From the NCBI GenBank assembly GCA_965198175.1, contig OZ240245.1, positions 256,001-320,000 on the forward strand: a stretch of DNA of 64,000 bases. The letters are read 5' to 3'. The notes under the pieces are model-generated. The model saw nothing but the letters and a program-made list of their open reading frames with translations, searched no databases and had not been told where the DNA came from. This stretch comes from Candidatus Poribacteria bacterium (lineage in GTDB: Bacteria; Poribacteria; WGA-4E; PCPOR2b). Numbering within the stretch: position 1 is the stretch's first letter; each line of letters begins with the position of its first letter. Shown here piece by piece: positions 1-9,773 of this stretch. Position numbers and translations under genes: made by a program.

Positions 1-243
1 TCCTTGACAGAGATCGTAAATGTATTGAAGGGACGCCTGAAATTCGGGTTCAGTCATGTCCGACTGAAGATTGGCATACCGCTTAGCAAGCGCAAGCGGT
101 ATGTGTGCAGGGATTTCGTACTGGATTGGTATTTCGGTTTCGCTCTGTACAACGGGCTCATGTTCAATCGGAATTGGCGATTCGGTTTCGCTGCAAGCCA
201 AGCACATCACTAAAATCGTGGTGAGAATCAATATGCGTGTCAT
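1..243 (-). CDS. Lipoprotein, 5' part only (runs off window start); close paralog of 37943..38749
   Basis: Bases 1-243 align almost base-for-base with 38507-38749. Translation starts MTRILILTTILVMCLAC, with a lipobox-like Cys. RBS (aggagg on minus strand) lies upstream. Confidence 0.85.
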   Translation of the reverse strand, partial: MTRILILTTILVMCLACSETESPIPIEHEPVVQSETEIPIQYEIPAHIPLALAKRYANLQSDMTEPEFQASLQYIYDLCQG

Positions 244-267
244 GACAAATCCTCCTTGTTAGTAGGA

Positions 268-302
268 AATGGGGAACATCTAACTCATTAGACGTTCCCC
301 AT
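268..302. terminator. Intergenic stem-loop (atggggaac...gttccccat), also present at ~38776-38809
   Basis: Long inverted repeat lying between the cargo gene end and the lipoprotein start in both copies. Confidence 0.6.
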
Positions 303-369
303 CACAATTGAAGTTTATCCATTTTTCATTGATGCCCATACTGAATTAGTTACTTCGAAATGATTGTAG

Positions 370-385
370 CGCAAACTATATGCCA
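370..385 (-). promoter_or_regulatory. sigma54 -24/-12 promoter TGGCATATAGTTTGCG
   Basis: GG-N10-GC consensus (TGGCA-N6-TTGC); homologous sites at 29990 and 39688. Confidence 0.8.
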
Positions 386-502
386 AAACTAATAATACCC
401 TTTATTTTAAGCTCTGTTTGGACTCGGAAACCCTTATGTACAAAGGGATACGGGCAGTTAGATTTTTTTTCAGTCTGGGACGACAGCGCTCTGACGGGGT
501 AT

Positions 503-623
503 GGAAAGGGGTGCGCCACAATTCGGGAAAATTGGGGTCGAGAAGCGAGCGAAGCCTTGCTAGGCAAGGATTTGGGCAATGTGCGCCAAATGTGTGCAAT
601 AGCGCCAAATGGCACACCCCTTT
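503..623. promoter_or_regulatory. Putative enhancer (UAS) region, variant with GCGCCAAATGGCAC palindromes
   Basis: Aligns to 30123-30250 and 39823-39950, with GTGAC changed to GCGCC at all three sites. Confidence 0.6.
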
Positions 624-1021
624 TGGTGAGAGGACTTGGCGGTAGGAGAAATCGAGCCGGGTGTCGCTCAAAAAATTTCAGAATAGCTCGTTAAAGGCTC
701 TTAAAACAAACACAAGGTGTGTTACAGCGATCGAACCGAGTGTAATCAGAACATCTGTTGGCAATTGGAAAGTGGGGAGCGTTGAGCGTAAGGGGTTTGG
801 AATATGCGAATTGTTGGACTCTCCTTAGAAGCGTTGGGTTTCGCCTTTAGCTCAATTCAAGCTACAAGAGCTTACAAAGCAATACCTCCAGGTGTTCCAC
901 ACAAAGTCATCAATCATCATAAACAATCCGCAGACGACGAGATTCACTCAAACACGATCGAAGGGCTTTGGTAACTGCTACAGTGGGCATGGTAATGTCA
1001 AGAGAATATCATAACAATCTG

Positions 1022-1318
1022 TCAAATTCCCTCGCTACAGACGCAGGGAATAGATTCACACTTAGGGCATCCATTTGAATAGATCTGCGCGGCGCTTGTG
1101 AGATTGACGTTCAGCAAGCTCGCGAGTGTTGATAACCACGCGAACACATCAGCGAACTCTTCCCGCAGTCGATCGGCGTCTTGAGGTTCACGTCGAATCT
1201 CTTTAGCAAGTTCGCCCACCTCTTCAACAAACCAAACAAATGAGCGGTCCACACCGCGTCTGGCATCCCGATCAAAATAGATTCGTTCAATCAAATTTTG
1301 AAATTCTTCAATGGTCAT
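1022..1318 (-). CDS. MazG-like nucleotide pyrophosphohydrolase
   Basis: EEVGEL and EEFADV motifs, C-terminal CxxC..C.C; start overlaps the prpC stop. Confidence 0.85.
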   Translation of the reverse strand: MTIEEFQNLIERIYFDRDARRGVDRSFVWFVEEVGELAKEIRREPQDADRLREEFADVFAWLSTLASLLNVNLTSAAQIYSNGCPKCESIPCVCSEGI

Positions 1319-2433
1319 CGATCAGCTATTGGCGGAAAGGGTCTGGAATCGGGACCGATGTAATCAGCGCGCGGACGGATGAGTCTGTTATTGCTTCGCT
1401 GCTCTATGGCGTGCGCAGCCCAGCCGGTAACCCGTGACATCACGAAAATCGGAGTAAACATCGGTGTTGGGATACCGCACAGATGATAGGCTGAAGCGCT
1501 GTAGAAATCGAGGTTCGGGAACAACTTCTTTTCGCGCCGCATCACCTGTTCAATACGCTCAGAGATGTCGTATAATTTTGTGTCGCCGCTTCTCTCTGAG
1601 AGTTTCTGCGACCACCCCTTAATGATATCCGAACGTGGGTCAGAGGTCGTGTAGACACGGTGACCGAATCCCATAATCAACGTCTTCTTCGCAAGCATAT
1701 CCAGAATACTGGCTTCGGCTTCGTCCGGTATTTGAAATCGCTCGATTAGCTCCATAGCGGCTTCGTTGGCGCCGCCATGCAGAGGACCGCGCAGCGTACC
1801 GATGGCGGCGGTAATTGCGGAATAAATGTCCGATAGTGTAGAAGTAGCGACGCGTGCGGCAAAGGTTGAAGCGTTAAATTCGTGCTCAGCGTAAAGAATT
1901 AACGACACGTCGACAGCTCTGCGGCTGACTTCATCCGGCGGCTCGCCATGCAACAGATGGAGGAAGTGTCCAGCGATTGTGTCATCATCTGTTTCGGTAT
2001 TGATGCGTACACCGTTCGTTTGGAAATGATACCAATAGAGCAACATCGAACCGAAGCTAGCGACAAGCCGATCCGCGATGTTGAACTGATTGTTTGTCTC
2101 GTTTTCCGGCTCGATTGTGCCCAGCGCAGAACAAGCGGTGCGCATGACATCCATCGGATGCGCATCGCCCGGCAATTGTTCAAGGACAGTTTTGATTCCG
2201 GCGGGCAGACCGCGCATACTTGCCAGCCGCTCTTTGTAATCGTCGAACTCGGACTGCGTGGGCAATGTGCCGTGAATCAACAAATAAGCAACTTCCTCAA
2301 AGGTCGCATGCTCCGCTAAACCGTGAATAGAATAACCCCGGTAATTGAGTCCTATGCCCTCTACCCCTACTGTACAAATTGCAGTTTCGCCGGCATTGAC
2401 GCCAGCTAAACCTCCCGTTTTTTTAGTTTTCAT
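1315..2433 (-). CDS. prpC: 2-methylcitrate synthase
   Basis: Citrate synthase motifs ([35 protein letters not shown]); adjacent to prpB. Confidence 0.92.
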   Translation of the reverse strand: MKTKKTGGLAGVNAGETAICTVGVEGIGLNYRGYSIHGLAEHATFEEVAYLLIHGTLPTQSEFDDYKERLASMRGLPAGIKTVLEQLPGDAHPMDVMRTACSALGTIEPENETNNQFNIADRLVASFGSMLLYWYHFQTNGVRINTETDDDTIAGHFLHLLHGEPPDEVSRRAVDVSLILYAEHEFNASTFAARVATSTLSDIYSAITAAIGTLRGPLHGGANEAAMELIERFQIPDEAEASILDMLAKKTLIMGFGHRVYTTSDPRSDIIKGWSQKLSERSGDTKLYDISERIEQVMRREKKLFPNLDFYSASAYHLCGIPTPMFTPIFVMSRVTGWAAHAIEQRSNNRLIRPRADYIGPDSRPFPPIADR

Positions 2434-3346
2434 TGGGTTCCCCCTTATTGAGAATGCTAGCTGTTCGCTCTGCGTTTAATAGATTATCGAGTTTCTGCTC
2501 GTATTCGTCATAGTTTAGAAACTCATACAATTCCGATCGCGTTTGCATGTTATGCACCACGTCGCTCTGTGTCCCCTGTTGGCGTATGGTTCGATACACA
2601 TTGAGCGCAGCCGCACTCATTGCACGAAACGCAGATAGCGGATAGAGCGCTAAGCTCACCCCAGACCCTTTGAGTTCCTCCGTCGTGTACAGTGGCGTCT
2701 TGCCGAACTCCGTCATATTCGCCAAGATGGGAATTTCAACGGCATCGGCAAACTGACGATACTGACTGAGTTCCGCCAAGGCTTCGGCGAAAATCATATC
2801 CGCGCCCGCCTCCTTATAACAACATGCACGTTCGATGGTTTGGTCCAATCCTTCGACAGCAAGCGCATCGGTTCGCGCCATCAGTACAAAGTCTGGATCT
2901 GTCTTCGCATCTACGGCGGCTTTAATTCGATTCGCCATTTCTGCTGTACTCACAATTTCCTTGTTAGGACGGTGACCACAACGCTTCGCTTGCACCTGGT
3001 CCTCAATGTGTATCCCGGCGGCGCCAGCCTTAATCATCTGCCGGACGGTTCGAGCAATCATGAACGCGTTGCCCCAGCCGGTATCCGCATCAACCAGAAG
3101 CGGGAGTCCTGTCGCGCTGGTTATGCGGCGCACATCTTCCAGCACATCGCTCAAGGTAGTCATGCCTAAATCGGGCAGTCCGAAAGAGGCGTTTGCGACA
3201 CCACCGCCAGAAAGATAGATCGCCCGAAATCCCACGCGCTCCGCCATCAAAGCAGCGTAGGCGTTGATGACGCCGACGACTTTCAAAGGGGTTTCCAAAG
3301 ATAATGCCTCGCGGAAACGACCCCCTGCTGAAGATGTTTGGATCAT
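2423..3346 (-). CDS. prpB: Methylisocitrate lyase
   Basis: KRCGHRPNK catalytic loop, [17 protein letters not shown]. Confidence 0.95.
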   Translation of the reverse strand: MIQTSSAGGRFREALSLETPLKVVGVINAYAALMAERVGFRAIYLSGGGVANASFGLPDLGMTTLSDVLEDVRRITSATGLPLLVDADTGWGNAFMIARTVRQMIKAGAAGIHIEDQVQAKRCGHRPNKEIVSTAEMANRIKAAVDAKTDPDFVLMARTDALAVEGLDQTIERACCYKEAGADMIFAEALAELSQYRQFADAVEIPILANMTEFGKTPLYTTEELKGSGVSLALYPLSAFRAMSAAALNVYRTIRQQGTQSDVVHNMQTRSELYEFLNYDEYEQKLDNLLNAERTASILNKGEPNEN

Positions 3347-3498
3347 ATTGCATCTCCCTGAAATGTGATGCGATCAACCGACCGGTATTATAATCTAAAA
3401 TGCCATGCCTGTCAATTGATGCAAATAGATCTTTTTTTGATGCCGGACTACAACAAACCCATCCACCTCATAGCAACCGCATTACAGCCGAACCTTAA

Positions 3499-5778
3499 TT
3501 ACCTGACATGACTAATCTTCCCAATATTCTGAATTGACTCGCCTGCCTCCGTGGCAGATATAACGTAAATATAAATGCCGCCGGCAATTGTGTTGCCTTG
3601 ACTGTTTTTTCCATCCCAGCGGAATTGTTTGGATCCAATTACATTCTGATGAGAATCTGTGAAAATAAAATCGCCAGCAATGGTATAAATCGAGAGCTCG
3701 ACTTCGTCGGCAAGTTGGAAGCCGGGGATGGTGTAGGCAAAAATCACATCGGCGTGCCCCGCGGGAATAGGATTTGGAGAAACGCGAATACTATCATCGA
3801 ATTGCCTCCGCATCAATTTCAACGTCCCAGATTCTATCCGAACCGCATCGGCAGTCAGGCGATAGGAATTTGTACTGCTGAAGCCAAAACGAGACTCGAC
3901 AGAAATGTAAAGCGTGGAAATCCGATCCGGTAGATAGATAATCTGTTGTTCGGTCCCTTCCACCTTTTCCGCTTCTGCAACCGCGGCGCCTTTTGCATCA
4001 AGCAGGGATAATCGGTAATCAACTCCTTCGGGAATATTCGTCAGGGTGATGACCACCGCTTGTCCCTCTGCAACATCGAATTGATACAAATCTCGCGGGT
4101 CATCTGCATCGAAAATGAAAGATTCGTAAGTTTGCAGCAACTCGATCGGGAAGGCATCGGTGAGCGTATCGTTAGGTTCATAGGTATCGCCAAACGAGAC
4201 CGAAATCGACATCGTCTGCCCCTCAAAGCCGATGTTCGTGATGAAAATCCCTGAAAAGGCGCCATCATTCGAATTTGTGTTCGGATGAGTCGTTGGCGTG
4301 AAGCTAGTTTGGTTGTCGTTAGCCGAATATGCCGCCCCGTCTGTAATTAACCTGATATCCGAGAGCGCGTCCGGATTTTTAGGATCGACGCCGATGTGTT
4401 CGGGATCGTTGGGATCTTCCAGCCAGATTTGCTGAGCTGCATTAACACTCCCAAGGGGTCGCGTCTGGGTTTCATCAATGTGCCAGATGAGGATTCCGGA
4501 CTCAGGCAAGTGCGTATCAAACGTCGCTCCGGATTCTTGATAACGGTTCTCAATGAGGAAGAATTCTGCACGATTCCCGGAGGTCTCAACACTGCTGGAA
4601 ATATCAACTCTGAAGAGCTTGTCTTGGCTAGGCGGTAACTCAAAACTCGGTATCTGCAAGTTGTTCACATTCTTGCTAATCTCAACCGGTTGAATCCAGC
4701 CCTTCCGCCCATTCTCGGGACGGGCATCGAAGTCCCATTTCAAGTAACCCATGATATGGCTCGGTCGCAAACCATCGCCAACACCGTCAATCATATCTCC
4801 TTGGTAAGGACCATAGAGGCTCATCAATCCCCATTTGTGATCGTGAGCACCTGTTGCCCCCGGGTTGTATACATCGGGAGCACCGAAATCGTGGAAGAAT
4901 TCATGAAAGTAAATACCGAGATGGGGCTTATTGAAACTCGGCTCTTCGGCAACGATGACAGCAGTATCTACAAGCACCCCATCAAATCGCCGATTGACGC
5001 CGCTCGCCAATATTGACCAGATGTTTGGTCCTACAATTCCCCTGAATGTTGAAGCCTCATCATCGCCGGCGTGAATCACAAAAACGTGATCCACCACCCC
5101 ATCTTTGTCACGATCATACTGGGAAAAGTCAACAATTTCATCTACCCCCGCACACGCCTCTCGAACCAGTTCCTGTAACCGGTTGTGGTTAATCCGCCCT
5201 TGTCCGTAATATCCCATCGGACGCGCCGCACGAACCCATTGATTACCATTGGGAACGACGACGCCCATCGGTCCGGACTCGATATTCATCTGTCCGTAAG
5301 AAACCTCACGGTAGTAAGTTTTTAACGAGACCCCTTCGTCCGCAAAAAGAAATTGATCAAAGTCTTTTCCCGGTCGTCTCCCGCGCTGATCATCAAAGTC
5401 AATCTTGATAGCAATGATATACTCAATCCCGTCAGTCTGTAAGATGCTCGTTGCACGCGCTTGGCAACAGTCCTGTAAGCTGCCTACAAATGCGGTAGCG
5501 TCCATCCCCGGCTTTACCGTCCACTCGCTGGTAGCAGGGTGATAATCGAAAAATAGATTTGCGTTCGGCGGAGCTGCAACACTATGAAGGCACCATGATA
5601 AAAATATAAAAATTCCTAAACCGAGAAACGCCGGACGATCAAGCGAACGGATAGTGAGTGCGATAGTTTTTACAGCTTCGAAGACTATCGCCTTCGCTGT
5701 TCGCTCAGTTGATCGCTCACTACTGTCGGTTAGAACTATCGCCCTCCCTATTCGGTCGGTTGATCCCTTATTTTTCAA
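3499..5778 (-). CDS. Secreted M6-family (immune inhibitor A-like) metalloprotease with PPC domain and C-terminal FlgD/T9SS-like domain
   Basis: HEFFHDFGAPD zincin motif, DFSQYDRDKDGVVD, EFFLIENR, GILIWHID, DTYEPND, WDGKN..G...GGIY. TTG start has GGAG 8 nt upstream. Confidence 0.85.
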   Translation of the reverse strand: MKNKGSTDRIGRAIVLTDSSERSTERTAKAIVFEAVKTIALTIRSLDRPAFLGLGIFIFLSWCLHSVAAPPNANLFFDYHPATSEWTVKPGMDATAFVGSLQDCCQARATSILQTDGIEYIIAIKIDFDDQRGRRPGKDFDQFLFADEGVSLKTYYREVSYGQMNIESGPMGVVVPNGNQWVRAARPMGYYGQGRINHNRLQELVREACAGVDEIVDFSQYDRDKDGVVDHVFVIHAGDDEASTFRGIVGPNIWSILASGVNRRFDGVLVDTAVIVAEEPSFNKPHLGIYFHEFFHDFGAPDVYNPGATGAHDHKWGLMSLYGPYQGDMIDGVGDGLRPSHIMGYLKWDFDARPENGRKGWIQPVEISKNVNNLQIPSFELPPSQDKLFRVDISSSVETSGNRAEFFLIENRYQESGATFDTHLPESGILIWHIDETQTRPLGSVNAAQQIWLEDPNDPEHIGVDPKNPDALSDIRLITDGAAYSANDNQTSFTPTTHPNTNSNDGAFSGIFITNIGFEGQTMSISVSFGDTYEPNDTLTDAFPIELLQTYESFIFDADDPRDLYQFDVAEGQAVVITLTNIPEGVDYRLSLLDAKGAAVAEAEKVEGTEQQIIYLPDRISTLYISVESRFGFSSTNSYRLTADAVRIESGTLKLMRRQFDDSIRVSPNPIPAGHADVIFAYTIPGFQLADEVELSIYTIAGDFIFTDSHQNVIGSKQFRWDGKNSQGNTIAGGIYIYVISATEAGESIQNIGKISHVR
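5637..5765. repeat. GATC-ended palindromic repeat: one full 78-bp unit (5637-5714) plus a partial unit
   Basis: GATCAAGCGA..GCGATAGT...ACTATCGC..GGTTGATC pattern recurs at least 8 times in the window. Confidence 0.85.
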
Positions 5779-6054
5779 TATTTGACTCCGCCGCCGAAAA
5801 CGTGCAATCGCAGTTGAGTATTTTGTACTGATGTGCGACGTGTTAGAAATCGCTGCAACATTTTTTTTGCTTGCAATCGCATTATAGATCTGTCATAATA
5901 AGGAACGTGAGGATAAAGAGTTAAACGTTATTTCGTCCCTCGCTTGCTAGCTTTTTCGCTCATTCCTGGGTTCACATTTTTCTGATATTCCAACGAATCC
6001 ATCGCAATCATCTATTACCTGTTGAAGCTGTTTTCTTCTCTGGAGGAGCTAAAC

Positions 6055-6825
6055 ATGTTAACACACGATTATCACATTCATACAAATCTCTCCCCCTGCG
6101 CAGATAAAAATTTTGATTTAGACAAAATCATTCAAATTCAGCAGGAGCACGGTATAAAAGAGGTCGGCATCACAGATCACGACTACAGTTACAATCATAA
6201 AGTCAAAAACATCGAAACTGCGAGAAACGCGATTAAACCGTATGAAGGTTCAATTACCGTTCATTTGGGCGTTGAATCTCACATGCTCGAATATCGCGTC
6301 GCCTCGATCGATATTCAACTCGCCGCACATTTCGACTATGTTTTGATGGCGCCAAACCATTATCATCTACGGGGTGTTGCAGCCCCTGATGATTTGCAGC
6401 ATCCGATAAAAGTTGCGATTCATGAGATATACATGTTTGAAGCCGCAATCGCATGTCCACTGACGGATGCGGTCGCCCACCCGTTTGTGCTAATGCCGAA
6501 CGTCTTTCGTTTGTCCCCAGATGAACTAAAGGCATTCAGTGAAGAGGTCACACGGAACATTGACAAAAAGCGGTTAATTTCTCAGTTGGACCTCGCATCT
6601 CATCGGGGTACGGGGATTGAGATGAGTCCGAAATTTGTCCGCTATAATCAATGGCATCTGCTAGAGTTTTATCAGTTGTGCCTTGAGCGAGGCGCAAAAC
6701 TCTTCATTGGCAGCGATGCACACAACGATGAGGAATTGGCGGAATTGGCGGTACTCGAACCGGTCTTGAAACAGCTCGGCGTCCGAGAAGAGCATCTTTG
6801 GCGTCCGAAGGAATGGCGATGGTGA
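6055..6825 (+). CDS. PHP-domain phosphoesterase (histidinol-phosphatase-like)
   Basis: DYHIHT, ITDHD, AHP, GSDAH metal-binding motifs; GGAGG before the ATG at 6055. Confidence 0.85.
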   Translation: MLTHDYHIHTNLSPCADKNFDLDKIIQIQQEHGIKEVGITDHDYSYNHKVKNIETARNAIKPYEGSITVHLGVESHMLEYRVASIDIQLAAHFDYVLMAPNHYHLRGVAAPDDLQHPIKVAIHEIYMFEAAIACPLTDAVAHPFVLMPNVFRLSPDELKAFSEEVTRNIDKKRLISQLDLASHRGTGIEMSPKFVRYNQWHLLEFYQLCLERGAKLFIGSDAHNDEELAELAVLEPVLKQLGVREEHLWRPKEWRW

Positions 6826-6864
6826 TTCTGAGAGGATTCCATAGGCGTTGCAAACGCTGACAAG

Positions 6865-7791
6865 TCATGACGCCAAGAATTCGCTAATCTGCTTTGCCGT
6901 TGGCATTGATGGAGCCGCACCAAGCGCCGTTACGGCGAGCGCCCCAGCCGCATTCGCAAAGACAACCGCATCCTCAAGTGCTTCACCCCGTGCGAGCGCT
7001 GTTCCCAAGGCGCCGCAAAAGGCGTCACCCGCCGCTGTTGTATCAACAACGTTGACATTGTACGCCGGGATGCGCGTTGTCATCTCTCGCTTGAACAACA
7101 GTGCCCCACTATCGCCAAGCGTCAAAATCACGGCAGAAACGCCCTTATCAAGCAAGATTCGAGCTGCACGTTCAGCGCTTTCCGAGTCTGAAACATCCAC
7201 CCCGGAAAGGAACTCCGTTTCAACTTGGTTAGGTGTGAGTATGTCAACTTGAGCGAGGAAACTGTCGGGCAAGTCTCGCGCAGGCGCCGGGTTCAGGATG
7301 ACCTTCGCTCCACTCGATTTGGCGATTTCTGCAGCGCGTTGTGATGCCGCAATTGGGACCTCCAACTGTAGGAGCAGGACATCAGAATCGGAAATCGCTG
7401 ATGCGGCTCGCTCCACATCCGCAGCGCTTAAACGCATATTCGCGCGCGGCACAATGATTATGCTGTTATCCCCATCTGCATCAATGACCGGCGAGCCAAC
7501 ACCAGTACCCACTTCAGCATCTCTAACGATAAAGCGAGTCTCGACCCCTTCTTCAACGAGCGCACCTATCAAAGTATCTCCAAAGGAATCCCTCCCTAAC
7601 CGACCAACCATCGTCACATCCCCTCCCAACCGCGCCGCAGCAATTGCCTGATTGTTCCCTTTCCCGCCGCCAAACATCCCAAACTGCTGTCCGATAAGTG
7701 TCTCACCCTTTTGCGGCCGCCGCTCGGCTTTTATTACAAGATCCATCATAAAACTGCCTACCACAACAACCTTGGGTTTGCGCTCGTTCAT
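6865..7791 (-). CDS. rbsK: Ribokinase
   Basis: GGKGNNQAIAAARLG, LLQLE, NPAPA, VDTTAAGDAF PfkB signatures. Confidence 0.9.
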   Translation of the reverse strand: MNERKPKVVVVGSFMMDLVIKAERRPQKGETLIGQQFGMFGGGKGNNQAIAAARLGGDVTMVGRLGRDSFGDTLIGALVEEGVETRFIVRDAEVGTGVGSPVIDADGDNSIIIVPRANMRLSAADVERAASAISDSDVLLLQLEVPIAASQRAAEIAKSSGAKVILNPAPARDLPDSFLAQVDILTPNQVETEFLSGVDVSDSESAERAARILLDKGVSAVILTLGDSGALLFKREMTTRIPAYNVNVVDTTAAGDAFCGALGTALARGEALEDAVVFANAAGALAVTALGAAPSMPTAKQISEFLAS

Positions 7792-7985
7792 ACGAATTGT
7801 CCCATGTGCATTTGTAGGATCTCCCCTCTACTTCTGTAGACACGGCATAGGGCAAGATTATAGTCGAGTCGTCTACCTTTGTCAATGGTTAGCTTCCTGT
7901 CTTTGCCAAACGCCTTGTTAATACTTCGTGCGACTCATCCAAAATATTTGGTATGAGCCAATCCCGAAAAAAGTTCAAAAAACTC

Positions 7986-8059
7986 TTGACACAATATATC
8001 AACGTGCTAAAATAAGGATATTTTGTGTTATCCATAATATTTATCGCAATATATTGGGG
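7986..8059 (+). promoter_or_regulatory. sigma70 promoter (TTGACA, TGC-TAAAAT) overlapped by NrdR boxes
   Basis: TTGACA at 7986-7991 and extended -10 at 8005-8013. NrdR-box-like sites at 7989 (acacaatatatcaacg), 8013 (taaggatattttgtgt) and 8044 (tcgcaatatattgggg); the last two are 31 bp apart. Confidence 0.7.
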
Positions 8060-8064
8060 CTCTT

Positions 8065-8547
8065 ATGAAGTGTCCATATTGTGAAAGACCAGTAACGAAA
8101 GTCCTTGATAAGCGGGAAACCGACGCGGGACACATCACTCGTAGGCGGCGAGAGTGCCTGAGTTGCGCCAGGCGGTTTACAACTTATGAGCGAGCCGAGG
8201 TGCTGAATCTTTTCATCATCAAGAAGGATAAGCGTCGAGAAGCCTTTGATCGGCAAAAACTCAAACGTAATTTGATGAAGGCTTGTGAAAAACGCCCTAT
8301 CAGCCATGAAACTATCGATCACCTAATTGCAAATATTGAGCAGGAACTCATCAATATGCGCAAGTCGGAAATTGAAAGCCGCCTGCTCGGCGAATTAGTC
8401 ATGGCGGCGCTCAAGGATTTCGATAAAGTAGCGTATATCCGATTCGCCTCCGTCTATCGAGACTTCAAAGACGTGGAAGATTTTGAGAAGGAACTTCGGG
8501 AATTGATCGAGAACGAGAAAACGAAGGAAATTGACAATCTAAGTTGA
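8065..8547 (+). CDS. nrdR: Transcriptional repressor NrdR
   Basis: CPYC...RRRRECxxC..RFTTYE zinc ribbon, ATP cone, VAYIRFASVY. Confidence 0.97.
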   Translation: MKCPYCERPVTKVLDKRETDAGHITRRRRECLSCARRFTTYERAEVLNLFIIKKDKRREAFDRQKLKRNLMKACEKRPISHETIDHLIANIEQELINMRKSEIESRLLGELVMAALKDFDKVAYIRFASVYRDFKDVEDFEKELRELIENEKTKEIDNLS

Positions 8548-8562
8548 AGGGAGGATTCCAAA

Positions 8563-8784
8563 ATGTTATTGCGCGATCCCATAGAGGAAATGCGCGAACA
8601 ACTCGCGGAATCAAGGCGAAAGATGGCACCGCTAAATAGAAAGCGGATGGAAACGATGCAACAAGAGTATCGTGAAGCGTCTAACCCGAAAGTCAAGAAA
8701 ATGTATAGACAACGCATAGCTAAGCAAGCTAAGAGCATTGAAGAACTTGAGAGATTACTCAATGACGCGACGTTTGAGAAATAG
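8563..8784 (+). CDS. Small hypothetical coiled-coil protein
   Basis: GGAGG RBS, directly after nrdR, charged helical sequence. Confidence 0.65.
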   Translation: MLLRDPIEEMREQLAESRRKMAPLNRKRMETMQQEYREASNPKVKKMYRQRIAKQAKSIEELERLLNDATFEK

Positions 8785-8786
8785 TA

Positions 8787-9480
8787 GTGGGCTGGATTGA
8801 ACGATACTGAAACCCAACTTCCTAATCAACAATCTGTAAGTTTGCTATAAACAAAGTCTTACGCCGGCATAATTCACAAATCAGGAGCAGTTACACGACG
8901 TAAATAAAATCGAAACGATGTAATTGGTGTAATTCACAAATCGCCGAATCCGCTCCAGAACTAGCTGTCAGCGATTCAGGAATTACACCGGTGTAATTCG
9001 GTGTAATCGAAGCATCGCCTCCACACCCGATTATTGGCGGGTCCGTAGGTCTGAATGCTGGGTTTCACTATAACGATTTATAACGCGGCGTTGCTGCGCC
9101 GCTAAACCTCTATCGTCTTGAAAAGTAGTCGTAGCCTGGGTTGAACGACAATGAGACCCGACCTCTTAATCAGTAATCCGCAATATTACTATAACAATAG
9201 AATTACGCTTTTACAATTCACCAATCAGGAGCAGCCACGCGAGGTAAAAATCCGAAACGATGTAATTCTCGAATCCCCGGATCCGCTCCGGAAGTAGCTT
9301 ATAGCGATTCGAAAATTACACCGGTGTAATCGAAACATCGCCCCTACACCCGATTATGAACGTGTCCGTGGGTCTGAACGTTGGGTTTTACTGTAACGAT
9401 TTATAACGCGGCGTTGTTGCGTCGCTGAATCTTTGTCCTCTTGGATAGAGATTAATGCTTTACCGTACAATCCCACCTAT
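8787..9480. repeat. Two diverged tandem ~344-bp non-coding units with REP-like ends
   Basis: Unit 1 (8787-9130) and unit 2 (9131-9480) are collinear throughout and share internal palindromes. Confidence 0.85.
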
Positions 9481-9773
9481 GCCACAAAATTACTTCGACA
9501 ATTCTATTTCATATGGTTTTGGCTAGAGCCACAAGACGCTTGTTGTGGCTGTGCCGGTAAAGCCTTAAGATTGGAACGGATCTCTATGATTATCCTCTAT
9601 CTTCGTACGCTTCGCATTTATATGCCATCCAATCTGCATCTTCTTCGGATACATAGCCCAAATAGTGGGCTGATTTTCGCTCTAAATTACTGTTGGCACT
9701 TCAATTCTAAGTCTCACAAGAAGAATATTAAGACAAAATTCAAACGGAAGGTATTTTATGAAAAGGAATTCTT

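Noticed and set aside
376..694. Short ORFs over the sigma54/enhancer blocks (also 29921-30295 and 39777-39995)
   Set aside because: Frames are not preserved among the three copies; the conservation is explained by regulatory motifs.
8787..9480. CRISPR array or cobalamin riboswitch upstream of nrdJ
   Set aside because: Only two long diverged units with no repeat-spacer periodicity, and no B12-box consensus seen.
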